64,000 nucleotides of DNA, from positions 24,509-88,508 of the forward strand of contig JAJYXK010000007.1 of the NCBI GenBank assembly GCA_021801825.1, written 5' to 3'. A program made the translations under genes and the position numbers. The stretch's first letter is position 1, and each line of letters starts with the position of its first letter. Source of the stretch: a bacterium (GTDB lineage Bacteria > Patescibacteriota > Minisyncoccia > UBA6257 > JAGOQP01). Under the pieces are notes generated by a model. It saw nothing but the letters and a program-made list of their open reading frames with translations, did no database searches and was not told the origin of the DNA. Positions 11,734 through 21,226 of this stretch are shown in pieces.

Positions 11734-13914
11734 ATGAACGAAGATTTTCTCAAACCATACAACCATTCACACGAAAAAGATATATATAACTCCTGGGAAA
11801 AGAGCGGTTTTTTTAACCCAGGAAATCTCACTCCTAATTCCTCGTCTCTCGCCCCTCGCCCCTTCTCTATTATCATGCCTCCTCCCAACTCCAATGGATC
11901 ATTACATGTGGGGCATGCGCTCACCATAACTGTGGAGGATTTGATGGTTCGCTATTGGCGCATGCGTGGAGCGCCAACATTATGGTTACCGGGTGCAGAT
12001 CATGCGGGATTTGAGACACAGGTGGTGTTTGAAAAAAGACTGGAAAAAGAAGGAACGAGTCGATTTGAGATACTGCAAAAACCCAATGGACGAGAAGAAC
12101 TATATAAACGCATTTGGGATTTTACACAAGAGAATAAGGTGCATATGGAGCATCAAATTCGTCAGCTGGGAGCATCCTGTGATTGGAGTAAGGAAACCTT
12201 TACCCTTGATCCAAAAATTGTAGCAACGGTGTATGAAACCTTTAAAAAATTGTACGACGACGGACTAATTTATCGCGATACGCGCATTGTAAATTGGTGT
12301 CCAAAACATCAAACGACTCTCTCTGATTTGGAGGTAAAATATGAAGAACGAGTTGATCCGTTGTATTACGTAAAGTACGGTCCAATTACTTTGGCGACCG
12401 TACGGTTAGAAACGAAATTCGGTGATACGGCCATCGCAGTGCACCCGAGTGATGCGCGCTATAAGGATTTAATAGGAACAGAAATAGAAGTAGAAGCAAT
12501 CGCGGGGAAAACAAAAATAAAAATTATTGCTGATGAACATGTGGATCCGACATTTGGTACCGGGGCGGTGAAGGTGACTCCTGCGCATGATGCGGATGAT
12601 TATGCGATCTGGCAACGACACAAGGATGAAATTGATGGCCCCAGGCCAGTCATTGATCAGTGGGGTAAAATGTCTTTATTGGCATATTTTGCGGATAACG
12701 CCGACGTAATGAAATATGAAGGTCTTAGAATTGCGGAAGCGCGTAAACACATCGCGCACGACATGCAGGAGAAAGGATTAATTGAAAAAGTTGAAGAACA
12801 ATATAAACATAACGTGGCGTTGTGTTATAAATGTGGAGCAGTTTTGGAACCACGAGTACTTCCGCAATGGTTTATCGATCTCACTAAAGAAGGCGTTAAA
12901 AAAATAGTGCAACCGGCAATTGACGCGGTAAAAAGTAAAAAGATACAAATAATCCCCGAGTTTCAGGAAAAGATATTTTTACACTGGATGGAAAATATTC
13001 GCGACTGGAATATTTCACGACAAATTGTGTGGGGGATTCCGATACCAGCGTGGTATAAAGAAAACTCAAAACTAGGAGAGAGGGAAGAAATTTATATTGG
13101 AAAGGAAAAACCCCAAGATGATGGGTGGGTGCAAGAAACCGACGTGTTTGATACATGGTTTTCGTCAGGGCAGTGGCCGTTTGCAACATTACGCGCGCAT
13201 GGATTAGAAAAAGAGTTCTATCCTACGAGTGTTATGGAGACGGCATATGATATTTTGTTCTTCTGGGTGGCACGCATGATAATGCTCGGGCTCTATATTA
13301 CGGGAGAAGTTCCTTTTAAGACGGTTTATTTGCATGGATTGGTGCGCGATAAAGACAAACAAAAAATGTCTAAGTCAAAAGGAAATGTGGTTGATCCGCT
13401 GGGCATTGTGGAACAATATGGCGCGGATGCGTTACGCATGGCATTGTTAGTTGGAAACTCTCCGGGGCAGGATGCAAGTTTTGATGAGGCAAAGGTAAAA
13501 GGATATAGAAATTTTTCTAATAAACTATGGAATATTGCGCGCTTTGTATTGTCACAAGGCGCAATTCCCAATAACTCTTCGGATATATCAAGCGAAGATA
13601 AGAAATATATAGAGCGTATGCAAGAGGTAAAAAAAGAAGTGGCAGAAAATATTGAGAAATACCGTTTCTCGCAAGCGGCAGAAATCGCATATCATTATGT
13701 GTGGCATGAGTTTGCAGATAAAATTATTGAAGAAAAGAAAAAAGATATTATTGAAGGGGATGAACAAAAAGGGAATTCAGCTCGTCACGTGTTGTATGTG
13801 CTACTTACGGAATCATTAAAAATATTACATCCGTTTATGCCATTTGTGACCGAGGCGATTTATACGCGACTACCTCATAAGAACGCGGAATTTCTCATGA
13901 TTGAGGAATGGTAA
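11734..13914 (+). CDS. valS: Valine--tRNA ligase (short form, no C-terminal coiled coil)
   Basis: PPPNSNGSLHVGH, GAVKVTPAHD, DWNISRQ..WG, KMSKSKGN. Confidence 0.97.
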   Translation: MNEDFLKPYNHSHEKDIYNSWEKSGFFNPGNLTPNSSSLAPRPFSIIMPPPNSNGSLHVGHALTITVEDLMVRYWRMRGAPTLWLPGADHAGFETQVVFEKRLEKEGTSRFEILQKPNGREELYKRIWDFTQENKVHMEHQIRQLGASCDWSKETFTLDPKIVATVYETFKKLYDDGLIYRDTRIVNWCPKHQTTLSDLEVKYEERVDPLYYVKYGPITLATVRLETKFGDTAIAVHPSDARYKDLIGTEIEVEAIAGKTKIKIIADEHVDPTFGTGAVKVTPAHDADDYAIWQRHKDEIDGPRPVIDQWGKMSLLAYFADNADVMKYEGLRIAEARKHIAHDMQEKGLIEKVEEQYKHNVALCYKCGAVLEPRVLPQWFIDLTKEGVKKIVQPAIDAVKSKKIQIIPEFQEKIFLHWMENIRDWNISRQIVWGIPIPAWYKENSKLGEREEIYIGKEKPQDDGWVQETDVFDTWFSSGQWPFATLRAHGLEKEFYPTSVMETAYDILFFWVARMIMLGLYITGEVPFKTVYLHGLVRDKDKQKMSKSKGNVVDPLGIVEQYGADALRMALLVGNSPGQDASFDEAKVKGYRNFSNKLWNIARFVLSQGAIPNNSSDISSEDKKYIERMQEVKKEVAENIEKYRFSQAAEIAYHYVWHEFADKIIEEKKKDIIEGDEQKGNSARHVLYVLLTESLKILHPFMPFVTEAIYTRLPHKNAEFLMIEEW

Positions 13915-13994
13915 AGCTAGTTTGATTTTTCAACATAGAAGTTTTATAGTACAAGTGGTTATTTTATTTTCTCACTAAATAAGTAGGAGTTAAT

Positions 13995-14225
13995 ATGGAT
14001 AAGCTTGACGAGCTTTTTGAGGTTGTGTTCGGATACCAGGGTCACGATCTCAGCTGCGATGAAAAGTTTAATATGCTTCAGAAGAAAGCATATGAAATAG
14101 GCGACAGGGCCACGCTTACCGAACTTGAACGAATCAAGGATTCCGAGGAGATACAATTTTCTTCGGAAACACTGCTTGGTTTTGAAGACTCATTACATTT
14201 TTTAGCTCCTCACCCGATATTTTAA
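13995..14225 (+). CDS. Hypothetical protein
   Basis: AGGAG SD, 76-aa ORF, followed by terminator GGCCGG..CCGGCC-T run. Confidence 0.6.
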   Translation: MDKLDELFEVVFGYQGHDLSCDEKFNMLQKKAYEIGDRATLTELERIKDSEEIQFSSETLLGFEDSLHFLAPHPIF

Positions 14226-14343
14226 GGGTAAAAGAGGCCGGTTCGTCCGGCCCTTTTTGTTAAGCGTTTCAGCAATATAAGAAAAATTTTTGGACTTTTT
14301 TTCATTTTTAGTATATGGTACTATTCCACTAAGAATTATATTT

Positions 14344-14928
14344 ATGAGAGAAGGATTGTTTAGAAAAATATATGAACAAACCCCACAGGAAAAAGGGAAT
14401 CTTGAGATTACTCCAGGGGGAGAAATAATACGACGGGAAGAAAATGGTGAATTAGTTGACCAAGAGATAGATAATACGGTGGCGCAAGAAGAGATGGCAC
14501 AGGAGGCCATGGATGATGTTGTAGAAGTATTAAATAAAGAGTTAAACCTTATCATCCCGCGCGCAATTGAAAAACCGGACGATTTTAAAAAACAATTTGA
14601 GGAGGATCTGGAACATGAATCAGTTGATAGAATTTTAAATGTAGTAGATAAAAACATAAAAGCATTGTCTCGCGCGTATGATAAACTAGATGATGCATAC
14701 GACGAGGTTCTTAACCAGCGATTAGATTATAGAGATATTGCCGATGCGGGAGTGAATAGAGAAATGAAAAAGCGATTAGATGATCGAATTCATAAACTGC
14801 AGGCACACAAAAAAACAACGCATGAGTTGATTGAATATCTTGATGCAAAACGAGCGGAAAGTCTTCTTCGTGGAGAAAAAGAAGGGTTCTTCTCTGGTTA
14901 TGGAGAAGATGAAAATACTGATGAATAA
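14344..14928 (+). CDS. Hypothetical acidic coiled-coil protein
   Basis: Long charged helical ORF. Confidence 0.7.
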   Translation: MREGLFRKIYEQTPQEKGNLEITPGGEIIRREENGELVDQEIDNTVAQEEMAQEAMDDVVEVLNKELNLIIPRAIEKPDDFKKQFEEDLEHESVDRILNVVDKNIKALSRAYDKLDDAYDEVLNQRLDYRDIADAGVNREMKKRLDDRIHKLQAHKKTTHELIEYLDAKRAESLLRGEKEGFFSGYGEDENTDE

Positions 14929-14977
14929 TATGTGCCACGCTACTCTGTGTAGTGTGGCATTCTATAAATAAAATAGT

Positions 14978-15211
14978 ATGGATAGATTTATTAATGAAAT
15001 AAAGCAAAGAAAAACAGAAGTGAGAATGGACGATTTTTCGGAAGAGAAGCGGCAGTTAAAAGAGTCTCAGGTAACCCCAAAACCTCCAGTGGCTGTGTCG
15101 GGAAATCTTGTTTCTTCGTCGTGTAGTGTCACCAGGCCTGCGGTAATCATTCAGAAGTCAAGAAAAAATAAACGAACCGTGTATGTCAAAAAATATAACT
15201 GTGCGGCATAA
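14978..15211 (+). CDS. Hypothetical protein
   Basis: 77-aa ORF overlapping the murD start. Confidence 0.4.
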   Translation: MDRFINEIKQRKTEVRMDDFSEEKRQLKESQVTPKPPVAVSGNLVSSSCSVTRPAVIIQKSRKNKRTVYVKKYNCAA

Positions 15212-16604
15212 GAAAGTTTTGTTGGTGGGATTAGGAAGATTAGGTGGGGGAGTCGCTGCGGCGCGATTTTTTGTTGAACAGGGGGCGCGGTTAACGGTTT
15301 CAGACGCATTAACAAAAGACATATTGCGTCCCTCTCTGAACAAATTAAAATATCTTCCCATTAAATATGAATTAGGTATAAAAACTCCGACTCATATATC
15401 TGGTTATGATATGGTGGTGTGTAACCAGGCGATTTCGATCAATAGTGAGGTGGTGCGATTAGTAAAAAAAGCGCGTATTCCTTATTTTAATGATTTCACG
15501 ACACTATTGAATCTTTTAGAAAAAACCCCACATCGTCCATATATTGGGGTGACGGGTACACGAGGAAAGACTACGGTGACCACATGGATTGGGCATCTGA
15601 TAAAGCCGTCCATTGTAGGAGGAAATATGCCTCGGAATGGATCATTTACTATATTTAATAAGATAAAAAATAAACCAAACCTCCCCGTGGCACTAGAACT
15701 TTCTTCATTTCAACTTGAATATGTGCAAAAAGGAATGGAGCCCCCTCGCGTTGCGGTTGTGACAAATCTATATCAGGATCACTTGAATAGGCATGGAACT
15801 ATGGAGGAATATGCTCGTTGTAAAGCAAATTTATTTATAAACCAATCTTCTAAAGATGTACTTATTTTAAATGCTGATGATGCATATACGAAAAAATTTC
15901 TTTCTTTTAAACCGAAGGCGACGGTGTGGATGGTGTCCCGTAAAAAACTTTCTAAAGGAATGTGGGGCATGTATGAACAAAAGGGGATTTGTTATTTACA
16001 AGATGCATCTGGTGTAAGAGAAATTATTCATGTGCCAGAGGGTTTTAAAGACCATCAAATATATAATCTAATGGAGGCATTATGCGCAGCTCGGGCATAT
16101 GGAAGAGAGTGGAGTTCTATTGTTAAACGGATAGCGACACTTCCCCAAATTCCATTTCGGCAACAAATTGTCTTACAAACCAAAAAATATGTCGTTATAA
16201 ATGACTCGGCGGCGACAAGTCCGGAGGGGGCAGTGGCTGCCATTCGGGCGCATGTTCCTGAGGACGGGGCATATGCATACATTTGTGGTGGAACAGATAA
16301 ACAACTAGACTTCTCTATTTTAGCACGAACTATTAAAGAAAAAGTTAATCCAAAAAAAATATTTTTATTGCAGGGAAGCGGGACGCAAAAACTCATAGAA
16401 GCATTGAAAAAAGAAAAATATAATTTTATTACAGATCATATTTTTGAAACGCTTGAAGAGTTAGTATTGTCGGTCCGTCGTAATACTCCACGAGGTATAA
16501 TTATTTTTTCACCCGCTTGTGCAAGCTTTGAAAAATTCAAAAACGAGTTTCATAGAGGAAGACAGTTTACAAAATTAGTAAAGAGGTATTTTGCTAAGAA
16601 TTAA
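15183..16604 (+). CDS. murD: UDP-N-acetylmuramoyl-L-alanine--D-glutamate ligase
   Basis: GVTGTRGKTT P-loop, LELSSFQL, DHLNRH, INDSAAT, FSPACASF..FKNEFHRG. Confidence 0.93.
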   Translation: MSKNITVRHKKVLLVGLGRLGGGVAAARFFVEQGARLTVSDALTKDILRPSLNKLKYLPIKYELGIKTPTHISGYDMVVCNQAISINSEVVRLVKKARIPYFNDFTTLLNLLEKTPHRPYIGVTGTRGKTTVTTWIGHLIKPSIVGGNMPRNGSFTIFNKIKNKPNLPVALELSSFQLEYVQKGMEPPRVAVVTNLYQDHLNRHGTMEEYARCKANLFINQSSKDVLILNADDAYTKKFLSFKPKATVWMVSRKKLSKGMWGMYEQKGICYLQDASGVREIIHVPEGFKDHQIYNLMEALCAARAYGREWSSIVKRIATLPQIPFRQQIVLQTKKYVVINDSAATSPEGAVAAIRAHVPEDGAYAYICGGTDKQLDFSILARTIKEKVNPKKIFLLQGSGTQKLIEALKKEKYNFITDHIFETLEELVLSVRRNTPRGIIIFSPACASFEKFKNEFHRGRQFTKLVKRYFAKN

Positions 16605-16648
16605 AGCCATTTTTTGACTATGTGGGATAAAAATGGTATTATAAAAAC

Positions 16649-17377
16649 ATGAATTGGATACTAGCGTTGCTGTTGGGGTTTATTCCGGGGCTGGTATGGC
16701 TTATGTTCTTTCTTCGCGAAGATGAACATCCAGAGCCGTCAAAAATGATTATCGCCGCTTTTGCGTCCGGTGGTATCGCGGCGTTTGTCTCTCTTTTTCT
16801 TGAAGCGATATCTTCAGGAATGTTAGAAAAGTTGATTATTACACTTCCTCGTGTTTTTGAGAGTAATATTAGTGTATTTGTGGGATTTGCAATTATTGAA
16901 GAAGTGGTAAAGTTTTTACTTATATTTGCGCTTATACGAAGAAGTAAATATTTTGACGAACCAGTGGATGCAATGATCTATATGATGACGGGAGCCCTAG
17001 GGTTTGCGACAGTTGAGAATGTTGTTATTACGTACCAAAATGGACTCGCTGATGCAACAACGCTTATTTTAGTTCGATTTGTAGGGGCAACACTTTTACA
17101 CGCGCTTGCCTCGGGTATTATTGGCCACTATTGGGCACGAGGAATTGTATTTAAAATGGAGGCAAAGTTTATTGTTGCGGGGGTAATTATGGCATCAGTA
17201 TTTCACAGTATGTTTAATATGTTAGTCACGAAATTTAGCGATTATCTAGTCTATCCACTCGCAGTCCTTTTATTAATTGGATTTTTCGTATTGTATGATT
17301 TTGAAGAACTAAAGAAATTAGCGCAAAATAATGTTGCGCCGGTTTCTTCGCGGGAAGATACTATAAACCCTGTTTGA
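16649..17377 (+). CDS. prsW: PrsW family intramembrane metalloprotease
   Basis: EEVVKF, GALGFATVEN, LLHAL, FHSMFN motifs. Confidence 0.9.
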   Translation: MNWILALLLGFIPGLVWLMFFLREDEHPEPSKMIIAAFASGGIAAFVSLFLEAISSGMLEKLIITLPRVFESNISVFVGFAIIEEVVKFLLIFALIRRSKYFDEPVDAMIYMMTGALGFATVENVVITYQNGLADATTLILVRFVGATLLHALASGIIGHYWARGIVFKMEAKFIVAGVIMASVFHSMFNMLVTKFSDYLVYPLAVLLLIGFFVLYDFEELKKLAQNNVAPVSSREDTINPV

Positions 17378-17447
17378 TGTATCTTGGAGAGTGGGGTATA
17401 CTAAAAGAATATTAGTGATAAATATTTAGTATTAAGGAATTTAATTT

Positions 17448-17945
17448 ATGACCGATAACAAAGATTTTTTTGAACAATTGGCGGGTGTAAAAGCCGAAAA
17501 CGAAGAAGCGGAAGCAGAATTGGTACGCGCAAGCAAAGTGTCTGCGGTCGCGCAGGGCGAAGAAGCAGTGGTGGCAACTAAAAGTGGATTTGCTGAGGTT
17601 GGGTTTGATGATGCTGAAGGACACTTATTGATTGATGTATATCATGATGCGGAAACCATCACGATTGAATCAGCTATTGCGGGTGTTGAATCTGATGATT
17701 TGGATATTTCCATTACTCCTGAATCAGTAGTTATCAAGGGGACACGCAATCGCAAAGATAAGGTACATAAAAATAGTTTCTTACATCAAGAATGTTTTTG
17801 GGGAAAGTTTTCTCGTTCCATTATTTTACCGCAAGAAATTGACCCCGACACCGCTCAAGCAGGACTGAAAGATGGGGTGTTAAAGATTGTATTACCGAAA
17901 ATACACAGAGGACAAGGGAAGAAAATAAAGGTAAAGCTAGACTAG
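17448..17945 (+). CDS. Hsp20/alpha-crystallin small heat shock protein
   Basis: ECFWGKFSRSIILP, A.LKDGVLKIVLPK. Confidence 0.92.
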   Translation: MTDNKDFFEQLAGVKAENEEAEAELVRASKVSAVAQGEEAVVATKSGFAEVGFDDAEGHLLIDVYHDAETITIESAIAGVESDDLDISITPESVVIKGTRNRKDKVHKNSFLHQECFWGKFSRSIILPQEIDPDTAQAGLKDGVLKIVLPKIHRGQGKKIKVKLD

Positions 17946-17984
17946 TGATTAGGGGCTAGGGGATAGTGTTTAGTAAATAGCGAA
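17943..17984 (+). repeat. Heptamer-phased TAGnnnn tandem repeat
   Basis: TAGTGAT TAGGGGC TAGGGGA TAGTGTT TAGTAAA TAGCGAA. Confidence 0.7.
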
Positions 17985-18015
17985 TAAAAGAGTGGCCCTA
18001 GGGGCCACTCTTTAT

Positions 18016-20139
18016 TTATTCCAAATGTATTTTTTGTTCAAATAACTTAAGATATTCCGCAAGATAAGGATATTTTTTTAGCTCAGGATCTTGTTTGAGT
18101 AAGGATTGGACTGATTCATACACATTTTTTACCATATGGGGGTTCTGCATCGCCTTCATAGCTAAATCAGGAATTCCAGTTTGCTCGGTTCCTAAAAATT
18201 GTCCTGGTCCACGGAATTTTAAATCCATTTCGGCGAGCTCAAAACCATTTTTTGCCTTGATAAGCGCCTTGAGTCGCTCCATGGTTATCTTTGATCTGCT
18301 TTCGGTGAACAAGAAACAGTAAGATTGGTGTTCTCCTCGCCCGACACGCCCGCGAAATTGATATAGTTGAGAGAGTCCAAAATATTCGGAACCTTCTATC
18401 ATCATAATAGTTGCATTCGGCACATCTACGCCAACTTCAATAACTGAGGTGGATACTAATACGTCTATAGTTCCGTTCTTGAAACCACTCATCATCTTTT
18501 GTTTCTCATCAGACTTCATTTGTCCATGAAGCATGCCAACGCGAAGATCTTTGAAAACAGTCTTTGATAGTTTTTTATACTCTTCCTCAACATTTTTTAC
18601 ATCTAATTGAAGCAGTTGCCGTGGGGTTAATTTTTGTTCGGGATCTAGTGATGCAATGCGGGGGCATACCACATATACTTGTCTTCCCGTTTTTGCCTGC
18701 TGGTGAATAAATGCATATGCTTGTTGGCGATGTAGCGCGGGAACGATGCGTGTGTCAATTGGTTTTCTATTTTTGGGAAGCTCATTGATGATAGATAATT
18801 CTAGATCTCCCAGCAAAGTGAGCGAGAGGGTTCGAGGGATAGGTGTTGCCGACATACTGAGTAAGTGAGGATGATGTGTTTGTGTGCGGCTGAGCAGCGC
18901 GGCTCTTTGGTGAACACCAAAACGATGTTGTTCGTCTATTACCAGCAAACCAACATCATCAAAAGCAACATTTTTTTGTATAACTGAGTGAGTTCCGATA
19001 ACAATTTTGATTTTTCCTGAGGCAATGTGTGTTAGTAATTCTTTTTTTGATATATCTCGCTCTAATTCTTTGCCAAAAAAAACGGTGGTATGATTTGAGG
19101 TGAGGAGCGCAACGCCATGGGAAAATTCTTCAAAAAATGAAGTGAACGTATGATAATGTTGTTGGGCTAATACCTCAGTGGGAGCCATAAATACTGCCTG
19201 TTTCTGATGTGAGGCGACTACTAATGCCGCCATGGCGGCAACTACGGTCTTCCCTGACCCCACGTCTCCTTGGAGTAATCTGTGCGTTGCATGTGACTTT
19301 GAGATGTCCTCTAATATGTCATATAAGGCTTTTTTTTGCCCCGGCGTACACTCAAAAGGAAGATATGAAAAATATTTTTTTATCTGTTCTGGGGTATACG
19401 GAAGTGCGTGCGCTGGTTTTTGGGCAAGGTGATATTTCTCTTTCGTCTTTATTAATTGCAGGAGAAATAAATCTTGAAACGCGAATCGCTTCTGTGCTTC
19501 TTCGGCCTCTGTAAGTGATGCAGGGCGGTGTATATGTTCTAATGCGTCTGAAAGAGTGGGAAATGAATTCTTGTTAAGAATTTCTTGCGGAAGAAATTCT
19601 GGTAATGATGATGCGAGAGGTAGCACCTTCTCCATAACAAATCGTATTCCCTTAGAAGTAATTCCTTTTGTCTCGGAATAAATAGGAACCAGTTTCCCTG
19701 TATGCCGAGGAACGTATGAATCACGAGAAATTATCTCAAACTCGGGACTTTGAAATTGCAGTTTTTTACCCTGCATTTTAACGATACCAGCAATGTTTAT
19801 AGAGATACCCTCTTTTAATTGCGTGAGTAAATGTCTTTGATTAAACCACACTACCTCAATAGATCCTGATTCATCGGCAACACGCGCGGTAATAACTAAT
19901 AATTTTTTATAAAATGTTTTTGATATTGAGATTTTTTCAATTACTCCATGCACCGTTGCCACTTCGTTGGAAGATAATCCTGCAATGGATTTTATATTTG
20001 AAAAATCTTGATAGCGAAAGGGAAAATAATAAAGTAAATCTTTTACTGTTTTCAAGCCGAGTCGTTCAAGTCGTTCTGCAAACACGGGGCCAATACCATG
20101 TACGGTTGAAAGAGGGGTGATAAGAGTGTTTTCCTTCAT
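18016..20139 (-). CDS. recG: ATP-dependent DNA helicase RecG
   Basis: RLLQGDVGSGKT, DEQHRFG, MSATPIPRTL, QFRGRVGRG. Confidence 0.97.
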   Translation of the reverse strand: MKENTLITPLSTVHGIGPVFAERLERLGLKTVKDLLYYFPFRYQDFSNIKSIAGLSSNEVATVHGVIEKISISKTFYKKLLVITARVADESGSIEVVWFNQRHLLTQLKEGISINIAGIVKMQGKKLQFQSPEFEIISRDSYVPRHTGKLVPIYSETKGITSKGIRFVMEKVLPLASSLPEFLPQEILNKNSFPTLSDALEHIHRPASLTEAEEAQKRFAFQDLFLLQLIKTKEKYHLAQKPAHALPYTPEQIKKYFSYLPFECTPGQKKALYDILEDISKSHATHRLLQGDVGSGKTVVAAMAALVVASHQKQAVFMAPTEVLAQQHYHTFTSFFEEFSHGVALLTSNHTTVFFGKELERDISKKELLTHIASGKIKIVIGTHSVIQKNVAFDDVGLLVIDEQHRFGVHQRAALLSRTQTHHPHLLSMSATPIPRTLSLTLLGDLELSIINELPKNRKPIDTRIVPALHRQQAYAFIHQQAKTGRQVYVVCPRIASLDPEQKLTPRQLLQLDVKNVEEEYKKLSKTVFKDLRVGMLHGQMKSDEKQKMMSGFKNGTIDVLVSTSVIEVGVDVPNATIMMIEGSEYFGLSQLYQFRGRVGRGEHQSYCFLFTESRSKITMERLKALIKAKNGFELAEMDLKFRGPGQFLGTEQTGIPDLAMKAMQNPHMVKNVYESVQSLLKQDPELKKYPYLAEYLKLFEQKIHLE

Positions 20140-20218
20140 GTGCATAGTATAGCACATTGACTCGCGGGTGTTTTTTAGGTATTCTCGTAAAACATCTTAT
20201 ATCTATGAAGGAGGTAAC

Positions 20219-20434
20219 ATGGAAGGAGCGATAGATATTAATAGCACCTTTTTGATGGGAGGGGTCATCAATGAGAGCGTCTTTGATGCTCTTGAAGAGG
20301 ACGTGTTAGAGAAAGAATCTTCGGAGTTTGAAAATTTCTTCTCAGAAATGGAGGATAAAAATTCCTTTAGCCTTCCCCCAATACAGTTTTTTTCACAAAA
20401 ACATGGAAATGGTCCCTCGGGACGATTTTCCTGA
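20219..20434 (+). CDS. Hypothetical acidic protein
   Basis: Strong AAGGAGGT SD before ATG 20219. Confidence 0.55.
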   Translation: MEGAIDINSTFLMGGVINESVFDALEEDVLEKESSEFENFFSEMEDKNSFSLPPIQFFSQKHGNGPSGRFS

Positions 20435-20553
20435 TAGTGATTTAGGTCAGATTTTTACTGACCGCCGCTCATTTAATGAGCGGTTTTGCTTAAATTATAA
20501 AGAGACATTCTTTCATAAAACAAAATACCTCTTACGAGGTATTTTGTTTTATG

Positions 20554-20625
20554 TGCACCCGAAGGGAATCGAACCCCTATTACAAGATCCGCAATCTTGC
20601 GTCCTATCCGTTGAACGACGGGTGC
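20554..20625 (-). tRNA. tRNA-Arg (anticodon GCG)
   Basis: Reverse complement GCACCCG...CAAGA-TT-GCG-GA-TCTTG...GGTTCGATTCC..CGGGTGC-A cloverleaf. Confidence 0.92.
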
Positions 20626-20671
20626 TTATATCCGAGAACCATATCAAAAATAGGAATAGTTAGCAAGATCT

Positions 20672-21181
20672 CTAAATTCCTAGTATTTTTGAAACAGATT
20701 CAAAGAGTGAAATTTCTATATCTTTTTGTGGTAACTTTTTCTCTCGGAGCATGGCAACAATTTTTTCTCGGTCTCCTTTATAAACACGCATGTGGATAGG
20801 TGCTCGATTTTTATTTTTAAATGCAAAGAATATTTCTATATCGTCACTGGAAAATTCTTGTACGTTGAAATGACTCAATTCGTCGTATGAATATGAATCT
20901 TGATAGTTTCCAAAAATGATGTGAGAAGGAGTGAGTGAAAATTCATGCGAGTCAGGATGTTGTAAGGAAAGGAACAATAATGTCCCCGATGCGAGTATAA
21001 TAAAAATTCCAAACAAGAAATTTTTTTGCCAAATGGAAAAAAGCAACAATATAATCATTGCGGCGATAATCCATACAAAAAACCCAACCCCCCGCTCTTT
21101 GTGCTCATGACTGGGAATTTCCCAGGTGATGAGAGTTGTTTCGTCTTCGGACGTGATGGGTGTTTCTGGTTTGTTTTCCAT
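20672..21181 (-). CDS. Hypothetical membrane protein
   Basis: Two TM helices followed by a soluble domain. Confidence 0.75.
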   Translation of the reverse strand: MENKPETPITSEDETTLITWEIPSHEHKERGVGFFVWIIAAMIILLLFSIWQKNFLFGIFIILASGTLLFLSLQHPDSHEFSLTPSHIIFGNYQDSYSYDELSHFNVQEFSSDDIEIFFAFKNKNRAPIHMRVYKGDREKIVAMLREKKLPQKDIEISLFESVSKILGI

Positions 21182-21226
21182 ATAACACAAGTATAGCTTA
21201 AAAAAGAAATGTTGGAAATCACGCGG

